From the NCBI GenBank assembly GCA_963747235.1, contig CAVVEU010000033.1:192001-256000 (forward strand): 64,000 nt of DNA, in the 5' to 3' direction. The DNA comes from an uncultured Candidatus Rokubacteria bacterium. GTDB lineage: Bacteria > Methylomirabilota > Methylomirabilia > Rokubacteriales > CSP1-6. Below the pieces are notes generated by a model. It was not told the DNA's origin and made no database searches. It saw only the letters and a list, made by a program, of their open reading frames with translations. Made by a program: the position numbers and the translations under genes. This document shows, one piece after another, positions 43,977 through 53,127 of the stretch (within the stretch, counting starts at the first letter, position 1; each line of letters starts with the position of its first letter).

Positions 43977-43992
43977 TCAAACCTCCAAGCCC

Positions 43993-44011
43993 ACCCAACG
44001 ATTTGTTAGAC
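43993..44011 (-). mobile_element. Collapsed (19-bp) attC
   Basis: Minus strand GTCTAAC-AAATC-GTTGGGT; GCGTCTAAC complements the cassette start GTTAGACGC. Confidence 0.7.
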
Positions 44012-44078
44012 GCCCTCAAACGGCAACTAGCCACCGCGAGTACACACCCTCTATCAGGTCAGTACCTGTCACATGTGC

Positions 44079-44531
44079 TCAGCGGGAAGTCTGCTGCCCG
44101 AGCTCTTGGGCAAGCCCGATGAGAATTCCTTCGGGGCCGCGGATGTAGCAGAGCCGATACATGTCTTCGTACTGGACCACTTTGCCGACGAGCTCCGCGC
44201 CGCGTTTGCCGAGCCGGGCGAGCGTATCGTCGACGTCCTCCACGGTGAACATGACGCGCAGGTAACCGAGAGCGTTCACCGGGGCGCTGCGGTGATCGGC
44301 GACCACAGGCGGCGCGAGAAATCGGGACATCTCGAGCCGGCTGTGACCGTCCGGTGTACGCATCATGGCAATCTCGACGCGCATGTCGCGCAATCCAGTG
44401 ACGCCATCTGCCCAGGCTCCTTCGATTGGAGCGCGCCCCTCGAGCTCGAGGCCAAGTTCGGTGAAGAACTCAATGGCGGCGTCGATGTCTTCTACCACGA
44501 TGCCGACGTTGTCCATACGCTTCACCGTCAT
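44079..44531 (-). CDS. Cassette-borne VOC family protein
   Basis: RMDNVGIVVED, MMRTPDGHSRLE and YIRGPEGI motifs. Confidence 0.9.
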   Translation of the reverse strand: MTVKRMDNVGIVVEDIDAAIEFFTELGLELEGRAPIEGAWADGVTGLRDMRVEIAMMRTPDGHSRLEMSRFLAPPVVADHRSAPVNALGYLRVMFTVEDVDDTLARLGKRGAELVGKVVQYEDMYRLCYIRGPEGILIGLAQELGQQTSR

Positions 44532-44545
44532 GATGTCTCCTTGGC

Positions 44546-44615
44546 GTCTAACGATCCCGCTCAGCGGCCGGGGTGAGCAACGCGAACCCCGGTCCGCTGC
44601 AGTGGGAAGTTAGAC
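44546..44615 (-). mobile_element. attC site (70 bp)
   Basis: Minus strand GTCTAAC-ttccca-CTGCAGCGGACCGGGG...CCCCGGCCGCTGAG-cgggatc-GTTAGAC. Confidence 0.9.
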
Positions 44616-44618
44616 GCC

Positions 44619-44876
44619 TCACTGCGACAAGCCGCGGGCCAACATGTAAATACCGGCCGCACCCACCAGGACCGACACCACGCCAATCGCTCGGGTGACA
44701 AGCACGTAAGCCCGACTCCCTAAGTACCGCGCTCCCGAACGGGTCACGGCAATTCCCTCGGCTCTGGGGGCCAGGCGCCGCTGATTCGACTCGGCCGTCG
44801 ACAGGCAGTAAATGCCTACAACCACAAACACCACGCTCACGAACCAGGGAAATACAGAACTGAGAACGTGTCCCAC
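44619..44876 (-). CDS. Cassette-borne small membrane protein (first cassette)
   Basis: Two TM helices; stop 3 nt before the attC R''. Confidence 0.55.
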   Translation of the reverse strand: MGHVLSSVFPWFVSVVFVVVGIYCLSTAESNQRRLAPRAEGIAVTRSGARYLGSRAYVLVTRAIGVVSVLVGAAGIYMLARGLSQ

Positions 44877-44916
44877 TCTGCCCTACCCCCTCAATCCCGG
44901 GCCCCCACCAGTGCGT

Positions 44917-44988
44917 CTCTAACTAGAAGTATCTAGGTCTGGATAATTCGGCCGGGCGCGGGCTTGATGCGGATAATCCGGCCGGGCG
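44917..44988 (-). mobile_element. attI-like site with upstream direct repeats
   Basis: Minus-strand core GTTAGAG with no attC palindrome upstream; 18-bp direct repeats GGATAATYCGGCCGGGCG at 44941 and 44971. Confidence 0.65.
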
Positions 44989-45207
44989 GACCGGGGCGGT
45001 TTGGCTGGAGCGGCTTTGGGGGATGCGGGGTTGCGCATGGTCCCGTGGTGCGGGTCTAGTTTTACACAGACCTGGACATTTCTGGATGGGAGCTCGGGGG
45101 ACGGGGTGCGGGAGTTCCGGCCGACGGGTTCGACGCTTTGCGCTATGATGAGGCGCTCTCGGCCCGGATGCGCTCGGGCCTCGATCCCCGCAGTCGAAGG
45201 AGACGGT

Positions 45208-45657
45208 ATGAAGCGCATGGTTCTCTCGCTGGTCGTGGTGGTGGCGGCTCTCGGGGTGGCGCCGGCGGGCGCTCAGGAGGCCGGGCATATCAAGGTGGCC
45301 AAGGGCGCGGTGCAGATCGAGCGGGCCGGGCAGAAGGTGCCGGCCACGCTGGGCGCGGTGGTGCAGGCCGGTGACGTGGTGGTGACGGGGGCCGATGGGT
45401 CGGTGGGCATCACCTTCCTGGACAACAGCCTGCTGTCCGCGGGGCCCAACAGCGTGCTCGCGATCGATCGCTTCGCCTTCGACTCGACCACGCACCAGGG
45501 CTCCTTCGAGAGCTCGCTCAAGAAGGGCACGCTCGCCGTCGTCTCCGGCAAGCTCGCCAAGCAGTCGCCGGACGCCATGAAGGTGAAGACGCCCGCCGCG
45601 GTGCTGGGCGTGCGCGGCACCGAGTTCCTCGTCCGCACCGGCGACCCGAAGAACTGA
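45208..45657 (+). CDS. Secreted FecR-domain protein
   Basis: Signal peptide; GDVVVTGADGSVGITFLDNS and VKTPAAVLGVRGTEF motifs. Confidence 0.85.
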   Translation: MKRMVLSLVVVVAALGVAPAGAQEAGHIKVAKGAVQIERAGQKVPATLGAVVQAGDVVVTGADGSVGITFLDNSLLSAGPNSVLAIDRFAFDSTTHQGSFESSLKKGTLAVVSGKLAKQSPDAMKVKTPAAVLGVRGTEFLVRTGDPKN

Positions 45658-45671
45658 CGCGCGGCGCGGCG

Positions 45672-46272
45672 ATGGCCAGCCGGGCCGCCCTCGCGGCGCT
45701 CGCACTGCTCCTCCTGGTGGGCTGCGCCAAGCCCATGCGCGACGATCTCTACGTGCTGATGCCGGACAAGGACGGCAAGACCGGCGTGCTCAGCGTGGAG
45801 AGCGGCGGCCAGCAGGCCGTCCTCGATCAGCCCTATGCCTCCGCGCGCGTGACGGAGCCGGGCCGCGTGGCGGCGGGCCCGATCACGGAGCAGGAGGCCC
45901 GCCGGGCCTTCTCGGGCGCGCTGGACGCGCAGCCGCCGCGGCCGACGTCCTTCATCCTCTACTTCCTCGAGGGCCGGGACGAGCTGACCCCGGACTCCCG
46001 CCAGCTCCTCGGCCGCATCGTGGACGAGATCGCCCGGCGGCCCGCGCCGGAGATCATCGTCATCGGCCACACCGACCGGGTCGGCGCGGTGCCCTACAAC
46101 GACACGCTCTCGCTCCGGCGCGCCGAGCGGGTGCGGGACGAGCTGGTGAAGGTCGGCATCGCGGCCGACCGCATCCGGGTGGAAGGGCGCGGGGAGCGCG
46201 AGCCGCTCGTGCCGACGCCGGACGAGGTGGCCGGAGCCGCGGAATCGGCGGGTGGAGATCAACGTCCGGTAG
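45672..46272 (+). CDS. OmpA-family lipoprotein (frameshift near the 3' end)
   Basis: LVGC lipobox; IGHTDRVG..N..LS.RRA, GRGE and NRRVEI motifs. Confidence 0.85.
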
Positions 46273-46285
46273 AGCCCCTCAGGGG

Positions 46286-46323
46286 CCCCTCACCCTGCCC
46301 TCTCCCCTGAGGGGAGAGGGAGA
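46286..46323. repeat. CCCCTCACCC-type palindromic repeat between convergent genes
   Basis: First 35 nt identical to the copy at 36349. Confidence 0.85.
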
Positions 46324-46324
46324 G

Positions 46325-48476
46325 TCAGGTGCCGGTGTAGCGGATGATCAGGACCGCCATGTCGTCTGACGGCTCGGTGCCACCGGTGAAGGCGGCCACG
46401 TCGCGGCGGATCGCTTCACCCACCTCGGCCGCGCTCGCCGCCCCGCCCACGCGACCCAGCAGCGCGTGGAGCCGCTCCCGGCCGTAGAGCTGCCCGTCGG
46501 GGCCGGCCGCCTCGGTGATGCCGTCGGTGAACAGGCACAGCGTGTCGCCGGGCTCGAGCCGGCGCGTCGCCGGCACGTAGGGAAACCCGTCCACCGCAGC
46601 AGAGCGGCGGGCCCCCGCCCTCGGCCAGGCGGCAGCAGCGCGCGGCCGCCGCGCGGGAGCAGCAGCGGCGGCTCGTGGCCCGCGCTGCAGTACTCGAGCT
46701 CGCCGGTGCGGGCGTCGAGGATGCCGGCCAGCACCGTGACGAAGAGGTCCTCCGCGTTGTCGCGCGAGATCTCCGCGTTGGCCTCGCGCATCATCACCGC
46801 CACCTGGCCGTGCCGGCGCAGCGCGGTGCTCTTGTAGAGCGCCTTGCTGATCGCCATGAAGAGGCTGCCGGGCAGGCCCTTGCCCGAGACGTCGCCGATC
46901 ATGAAGAAGAGATGGTCGGCATCCAGCAGAAAGAAGTCGTACAGGTCGCCGCCGACCTCGCGCGCGGGCTCCAGCATCGCGTACAGATCGAAGCGGCGTC
47001 TCGCCCGGAAAGGCGGCCGCCGCGCGCGGCAGGGTGCCCATCTGGATCCGGCGCGCGGCCTCCAGCTCGCCGGCCAGCCGCGCCGCCGCCTCCCGCTGCT
47101 GCTCCACCTGCCGGCGCAGCGCGCGACGCTGCGTCTGGGTCTCGGTGAGGGTGACCACGAGCATCATGGAGAACAGCAGGGCGAGGGCCACGGAGGGGAC
47201 GGCGACGTCCAGGAGGACGCCCATCCTCAGATAGAGGAGCAGCCCGAACCCCGCCATCGCCGCGACCAGGACGGCGAGCAGTCCCACCGACGCGCGGGCC
47301 GGCAGCCGCGGCACCAGCCCGATGAGGAGCAGTCCGCCGACCAGCAGCCAGCCGATCTCGATCCACCGGACGAACCGCGGACGCGAGAGCAGCGATCCCT
47401 CCACGATGTTCTCGAGCAGCTGGGCGTGGATCTCGACGCCCGCCATGTGATCGCCCACCGGCGTCGCCAGATGATCCGACAAGCCGAGCGCGGTCACGCC
47501 GATGAGCACCAGGCGACCCTGGAAGAGGCTCGCATCCGCCTGGCCCGCGAGCACGTCGGCCGCCGACACGAAGCGATCGGGATCGTGCCGGGTGTAGTGG
47601 ACCCAGGCGCTGCCGTCCGGGTCGCTGGGAGCCACGAAGGCGCCCACCCCCACCGACTGGATGCCGCGCGGCGGAGACGCGCACCGAGATCGGGGGCCCG
47701 CCTTCCCGCCACGCGGAGCATCTCGAGGCCGAGCGACGGAACCAGCCGCGCCGGCCGACCATGGCCAGCAGGGGGACGCGGCGGACCACCCCACGCTCCA
47801 GGTCCACGCTGGTCAGGCCGTGGCCGAGCGCGGCACGGTCGATCTCATCCACGCTGTGCAGCGCGGCCTCGAAGCGACGGAGGAAGGGCGCGGGATCGCC
47901 GCCGATCGAGCGCACCGGCGCGTGACGGACCTCGGTCGTCGCCTCCGGCGCGCGGCTCTCGAGGCCGGCGATGCCGAGCACCACCGGTTGCCCGCGCATC
48001 GCCTCGGCCAGCACCGTGTCGTTCCCGCGCAACCGCGAGAGCCGCTGCGCCATGTCGGCGTCCAATGCCGGCCACCATCTCGGGCAGCCGGGCCGGCGAG
48101 AGACGGTCGGGCTCCGCCATGAGGATGGCCAGGCCGATGGCGGCCGGCCGCGCGGCCGCGACCGTCCCCACGATTCGCGCCAGCCAGGTGCGCGGCCACG
48201 GCCACTGCCCGTGCTGCCGCAGGCTCTCCTCGTCGATGGCGACGATGACCACCGGGGCCGTGCGCGGGACGCGCGGGTGGAGGCTCTGGTAGGTGTCGAA
48301 CGTGCTAGCGCGCAGCAGGCGGAGCCCCGGCAGCTCCGGCAGCAGCAGCCCGAGCAGGAGCGCGGCCAGCAGCAGCGCGCCGGCCGGCCGGCCGCGCCCG
48401 CCCAGGAGCGCGCGGGCCCACCGCCGCTCCGCCCAGTGCGAGGCGGCCGCGGGCCGCTGGTCGGACGACGTCGATG
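46325..48476 (-). CDS. CHASE2 sensor / SpoIIE (PP2C) phosphatase (several frameshifts; start approximate)
   Basis: IVAIDEESL..GQWPWPR, VVRRVPL, GVEIHAQ, three TM helices, AREVGGDLYD, GDVSGKG, FTDGITEA and SDD motifs. Confidence 0.85.
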
Positions 48477-48491
48477 CTCAGGCCGGTCTCC

Positions 48492-49448
48492 TCAGAGCGC
48501 GAGCTCCAGGCCGTCGTAGGCGGCCCAGACCTCCACGCGGTGATCGGTCCGCGTGATCTCCTCGAGCCGGCGCGTCTCGGCCAGCAGCCGGGCGATGCGC
48601 TCGTCGTCGAAGATCGGCTCGTGGTGATAGAGGCAGAGGCGGCGGGCCCGCGCGAGCTGGCACATCTCCACGCCCACCACGTTGCTCGAGTGCCCCCAGT
48701 CCTCCTTGACCGAGATGGCGTCGGCGAGCGAGTACTGGGCGTCGAAGATCACGAGGTCGGCGTCGCGGAAGAACTCCACGAACGCGGCCACCTCGTCCGG
48801 GTCGTCCTGCTTGTGCTCGGAGTCGGTGGAGTAGACGACCACCTTGCCGCGCTGCTCGATGCGGTAGCCGTAGGAATCGCCGCCGTGGTGCTGGCGCTTC
48901 GCCCGGACGCGGAGGCCCGCGATGTCGTAGTTCCGCTCGGGCTCGAGCCGCACGAACTCGATGCGCGCTTCCATCCTCGAGAAGTCCACCGGGAAGGACG
49001 GGGCGCGGTTCTGCCGGCGGAACGCTTCCTCCAGCGTGTCGTGGCAGCCGTAGATCGTCACGTGGTTGCCGGGCAGGTACGCGGGCATGAAGAACGGGAA
49101 GCCCATGATGTGGTCCCAGTGCAGGTGCGACATGAAGACGTGGAACCGGTGCCCGGAGGGCCCGCGCGTGGCGAGCAGCGAGTTGCCGAAGGCCCGCGCG
49201 CCGCTGCCCAGGTCGCAGAGCACGTAGTCGGCGCCGTCGGTCTCGAGCTGCACGCAGGAGGAGTTGCCCCCGAAGGTGTGGGAGACCGAGAAGTCGAGCT
49301 CGTTCTCGACGAAGGCGCGCGCCTTGCCCGGGGTGTCGAGCCCGCGGCCCGCCGCGGCCACCAGCGCGGTGACGAGCTTGCGCTGCACCTCGGCGGAGGT
49401 CATGGCCACCGGGATCGAGCCGCGGGTGCCCCAGAAGCGGACGCGCAC
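48492..49448 (-). CDS. MBL-fold metallo-hydrolase (phosphodiesterase-like)
   Basis: FWGTRGSIP, GGNSSC, HLHWDH, DAQY, WGHS and HHEP motifs. Confidence 0.85.
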   Translation of the reverse strand: MRVRFWGTRGSIPVAMTSAEVQRKLVTALVAAAGRGLDTPGKARAFVENELDFSVSHTFGGNSSCVQLETDGADYVLCDLGSGARAFGNSLLATRGPSGHRFHVFMSHLHWDHIMGFPFFMPAYLPGNHVTIYGCHDTLEEAFRRQNRAPSFPVDFSRMEARIEFVRLEPERNYDIAGLRVRAKRQHHGGDSYGYRIEQRGKVVVYSTDSEHKQDDPDEVAAFVEFFRDADLVIFDAQYSLADAISVKEDWGHSSNVVGVEMCQLARARRLCLYHHEPIFDDERIARLLAETRRLEEITRTDHRVEVWAAYDGLELAL

Positions 49449-49456
49449 GCCCGGCC

Positions 49457-49832
49457 TCAGGCCGACTCGAAGGCGGCCAGCGCGGCGGGCGAGAGCTTGG
49501 CCAGGGCCTCCCGCAGCGTGGGGAAGACCTCGAGGACCAGGTTGAAGCGGCTGATCTCGAAGATCTCGCGCACCACCGGCTGCAGGTCCGCCACCGCGAG
49601 CGCGCCGCCCTGGGCCTTCACCTGCTTGCTCGCGAGCATGAGCACGCGCAGCCCGACGCTGCTGATGTACTCCACCCCGGCCAGGTCGATCACCGCGCGA
49701 TCGCGCCCGGATGCGACGGCGGCCAGATGCGGCGCCAGCGCGGCCTTGAAGGCGTCCGCGCGTCGCGTGATCGATCCGCCCGGTAGGAAAGAGCGCCACG
49801 GTGTCGGCGAAGCGCTTTGTGGCCAGCTCCAT
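49457..49832 (-). CDS. STAS-domain anti-sigma factor antagonist (frameshift near 49765)
   Basis: GRID..IDLAGVEYISSVGLRVL..VREIFEISRF motifs. Confidence 0.85.
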
Positions 49833-49880
49833 GGGGGACCGATTCTAACACCGGGGCCGGCTGTGGCACACTGGGACGTC

Positions 49881-51114
49881 TTGGACAAATCAGACCTCCT
49901 CAGCCAGTTGCGTATCGACCGCGGGGCGGACCGTCCGCCGCGCCGGCGCACCCGTCTGTACATCATCCTCGCGGCGGCCGGTGCTCCTCCTGGGCGGCGG
50001 GCTCTGGTTCGGCGTGCTCCGCGCGCGGCCCCTGGTGGTGCAGACCGCGGTGGCGCGCGCGGCCGGCCAGGGCGGCGGGGCCGGCTCGGTGCTCGACGCG
50101 AGCGGCTACGTCACCGCCCGGCGCCAGGCCACCGTCTCCGCCAAGATCACCGGCAAGGTGACCGAGGTGCTGATCGAGGAAGGCCAGCGCGTGCGCGAGG
50201 GCGCGGTGCTCGCCCGGCTCGACGACACCGAGGCGCAGGCGCAGCTCGGGCTCACGCGGGCCCAGCTCGTCGCCGCGCGCTCCCAGCTCGCCGAGGTCCA
50301 GGCCCAGCTCGTCCAGGCCGAGCAGGACCACGCGCGCCAGAAGGAGCTCCACGACCGCAAGCTCATCGCGCCGCAGGCGCTCGACGCCGCGCTGGCCCAG
50401 CGCGACATGCTGCGGGCGCGCCTGGGCGCCACCGAGGAGCAGGTCAAGGTCGCGCAGCAGTCGCAGTCGGTCGCCCAGGTGCAGCTCGACAACACGGTGA
50501 TCCGCGCCCCGTTCAGCGGCGTGGTCATCGCCAAGTCGGCGCAGCCCGGCGAGATGATCTCGCCGATCTCGGCGGGCGGCGGCTTCACGCGCACCGGCAT
50601 CGGCACCATCGTGGACATGGACTCGCTGGAGATCCAGGTGGACGTCAACGAGTCCTACATCAACCGCGTGACCCCCGGCCAGCCGGTGGAGGCGACGCTC
50701 AACGCCTATCCGGACTGGAAGATCCCCGGCGAGGTGATCGCGATCATCCCGACCGCGGACCGGAGCAAGGCCACCGTCAAGGTCCGCATCGCGATCAAGA
50801 CGAAGGACGCGCGCATCGTGCCCGACATGGGCGCGCGCGTGGGCTTTCTCGACAGCAAGCCCGCGGCCGGGGCGCCGGCCCCCGCCCCCAGCGTGCTGGT
50901 GCCGGCGGACGCGGTGCGCACCGAGGGCGACGCGTCGGTGGTCTTCGTCTACACCGCGAGCGGCAAGGTCGAGCGGCGGAGCGTGACGCTGGGACCCGAC
51001 GTCTCCGGCCAGCGTCGCGTGCTGAGCGGCCTGCGCGACGGCGAGCGCGTGGTGCTCGCCCCGCCGCCCACGCTGGCCGACGGCCAGGCGGTGAAGCCGG
51101 CCGAGAGCAAGTGA
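49881..51114 (+). CDS. Efflux periplasmic adaptor (MFP/HlyD) subunit (frameshift near 49980)
   Basis: ASGYVTARRQATVS, IRAPFSG and VDVNESYI motifs. Confidence 0.85.
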
Positions 51115-51809
51115 GCGCGGTGCCCACCCTGGTCGAGATCCGCGGCGTCACCAAGGTCTACAAGCGCGGCCGCGAGCGCATCGAGGTGCTGCACGGCATC
51201 GATCTCGACATCCCGAGCGGGGACTTCGTGGCCCTCATGGGGCCGTCGGGCTCGGGCAAGACCACGCTGCTGAACCTGATCGGCGGGCTCGACACCCCGA
51301 CCGACGGCAGCATCACGGTGGGGGACCGGCGCATCGATCGGCTCTCGGGCGGGGAGCTGGCCGCCTGGCGGGCCGGCCACGTGGGCTTCGTCTTCCAGTT
51401 CTACAACCTGCTGCCCGCGCTCTCGGCCCAGCGGAACGTGGAGCTGCCGCTGCTCCTGACCGATCTCTCCGCGTCCGAGCGCCGCCGGCGCGCCCACATC
51501 GCGCTGACGCTGGTCGGCCTCGAGGATCGCGCCCGGCACAAGCCGCGCGAGCTCTCGGGCGGCCAGGAGCAGCGCGTGGCCATCGCGCGCGCCATCGTCT
51601 CCGATCCCACCCTGCTGGTCTGCGACGAGCCCACCGGCGATCTCGACCGCGCCACCGCCGACGAGGTGCTGCGCCTCATCCAGATGCTCAACCGCGAGCA
51701 CGGCAAGACGGTGGTGATGGTCACCCACGATCCCAAGGCCGCGGAGTACGCGCGGCGGCGCGTGCACCTCGACAAGGGGACGATGACCGCGGAGCCCGTC
51801 TCCGCGTGA
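51111..51809 (+). CDS. ABC transporter ATP-binding protein (LolD/MacB-like)
   Basis: GPSGSGKTT, LSGGQEQR, DEPTGDLD and VTHD motifs. Confidence 0.9.
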   Translation: MSAVPTLVEIRGVTKVYKRGRERIEVLHGIDLDIPSGDFVALMGPSGSGKTTLLNLIGGLDTPTDGSITVGDRRIDRLSGGELAAWRAGHVGFVFQFYNLLPALSAQRNVELPLLLTDLSASERRRRAHIALTLVGLEDRARHKPRELSGGQEQRVAIARAIVSDPTLLVCDEPTGDLDRATADEVLRLIQMLNREHGKTVVMVTHDPKAAEYARRRVHLDKGTMTAEPVSA

Positions 51810-52969
51810 GATACCTCCCCCTGCTCTGGGCCGGTCTCTTCCGCAAGAAGACGCGCACGGTCCTCACGCTGCTCTCCATCGTGGTGGCCTTCGCCCTCTT
51901 CGGCCTCCTGCAGGCGGTGCAGGTCGCCTTCGAGTCGGGCGCCGACGCGGCCGACGCCAAGCGCCTGCTCACCACCGCGCGCTACTCCATCATCGAGCCG
52001 CTGCCCATGTCCTACCTGCGCCGGATCGAGCAGGTGCCGGGCGTGGTGGGCGTGGCCTCCGCGGACTGGTTCGGGGCCAAGTACCAGAACGAGTCCAATG
52101 CCTTCCCGGTCTTCGCGGTGGACCCGGCGCGCTACCTGGACATGTACCCGGAGTTCACCATCGAGCGCGCGCATCGCGAGGCCTTCGCGCGGACGCGCAC
52201 CGGCGCGATCGCGGGCAAGCGACTGGCCGATCGCTTCGGCTGGAAGGTCGGGCAGAAGCTGCCGATCAGCTCGGAGATCCACGCCAAGACCGACGGCAGC
52301 CTGAACTGGGAGTTCGACCTGGTCGGCATCCTCGACGCCGACGATCCGGCGGTGCGCGGCAACACCGACATGGTCCTGATCAACGTGGCCTACTTCGACG
52401 AGGCCCGCCAGATCGGCCGCGGCAAGACCGGCTGGTACATCGTGCGCGTGGCCGACTCCACCCAGGCCCGCGCCATCTCGGCGACGATCGACACCCTCTT
52501 CACGAACTCGCCCGACGAGACCAAGACCCAGCCCGAGAAGGAGTTCGCGCTGGGCTTCGCCAAGCAGATCGGCGACATCGGCGCGCTGGTCACCCGCATC
52601 CTGATCGCGGTGTTCTTCACCATCCTGATCCTGACCGGCAACACGATGGCCCAGTCCATCCGCGAGCGCATCCCGGAGCTGGCGATTCTCAAAACGCTCG
52701 GCTTCTCCGACGGCAAGGTCACCGCGCTGGTGCTCGCGGAGGCGGTCCTGCTGCTGATCCTGGGCGGCGCCATCGGCATGGGCGCGGCGGTGGCCGCCAT
52801 GCCCGCGCTCAACGGCTCCACCGGCGGCCGCTTCCCCCCGCTCTTCGTCGGCCCCGAGACCTGGCTCCTGGCCGCCGCCATCGCGGCCCTCGTCGCGCTC
52901 TGCATCGGCCTCCCCCCCGCCCTGCGCGCCAACCGCCTGAAGATCGTCGACGCCTTGTCCGGGCACTAG
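51806..52969 (+). CDS. ABC transporter permease (MacB/FtsX-like)
   Basis: RTVLTLLS and SIRERIPELAILKTLGF motifs. Confidence 0.9.
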   Translation: MRYLPLLWAGLFRKKTRTVLTLLSIVVAFALFGLLQAVQVAFESGADAADAKRLLTTARYSIIEPLPMSYLRRIEQVPGVVGVASADWFGAKYQNESNAFPVFAVDPARYLDMYPEFTIERAHREAFARTRTGAIAGKRLADRFGWKVGQKLPISSEIHAKTDGSLNWEFDLVGILDADDPAVRGNTDMVLINVAYFDEARQIGRGKTGWYIVRVADSTQARAISATIDTLFTNSPDETKTQPEKEFALGFAKQIGDIGALVTRILIAVFFTILILTGNTMAQSIRERIPELAILKTLGFSDGKVTALVLAEAVLLLILGGAIGMGAAVAAMPALNGSTGGRFPPLFVGPETWLLAAAIAALVALCIGLPPALRANRLKIVDALSGH

Positions 52970-53017
52970 AGGCACTCGGTGCGGTTCATGACGCGCGCAG
53001 GTACGGCATTGATCTTA

Positions 53018-53080
53018 TTGGGGGGGAGCGGCGGCGCTCCTCCCCCAAGCCCCCCCACCGCATCATTCACTTGCGCGGGG
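53018..53080. repeat. Intergenic G/C-run hairpin element inside the ABC operon
   Basis: TTGGGGGGGAGCG-GCGG-CGCTCCTCCCCCAA, then a C-run and TTGCGC, as in the element at 3841. Confidence 0.5.
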
Positions 53081-53127
53081 CCGGTTCCGGTCTGCGGGCG
53101 GACATCCGTCGACCACAGGTCTGCTCG

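Larger units (their letters stand above)
41811..44988 (-). mobile_element. Integron gene-cassette array with attI-like site; no integrase in the window
   Basis: Six small same-strand ORFs with atypical, more A/T-rich codon usage, each bounded by RYYYAAC / GTTRRRY-type cores; two full attC sites. Confidence 0.85.

Noticed and set aside
44941-44988. CRISPR-like repeat pair
   Set aside because: Only two 18-bp repeats with a 12-bp spacer and no cas genes; better explained as attI direct repeats.
48492-49832. Apparent STAS-MBL fusion
   Set aside because: The STAS domain finishes in ORF 49457..49966 with its own stop; an indel near 49765 explains the join.
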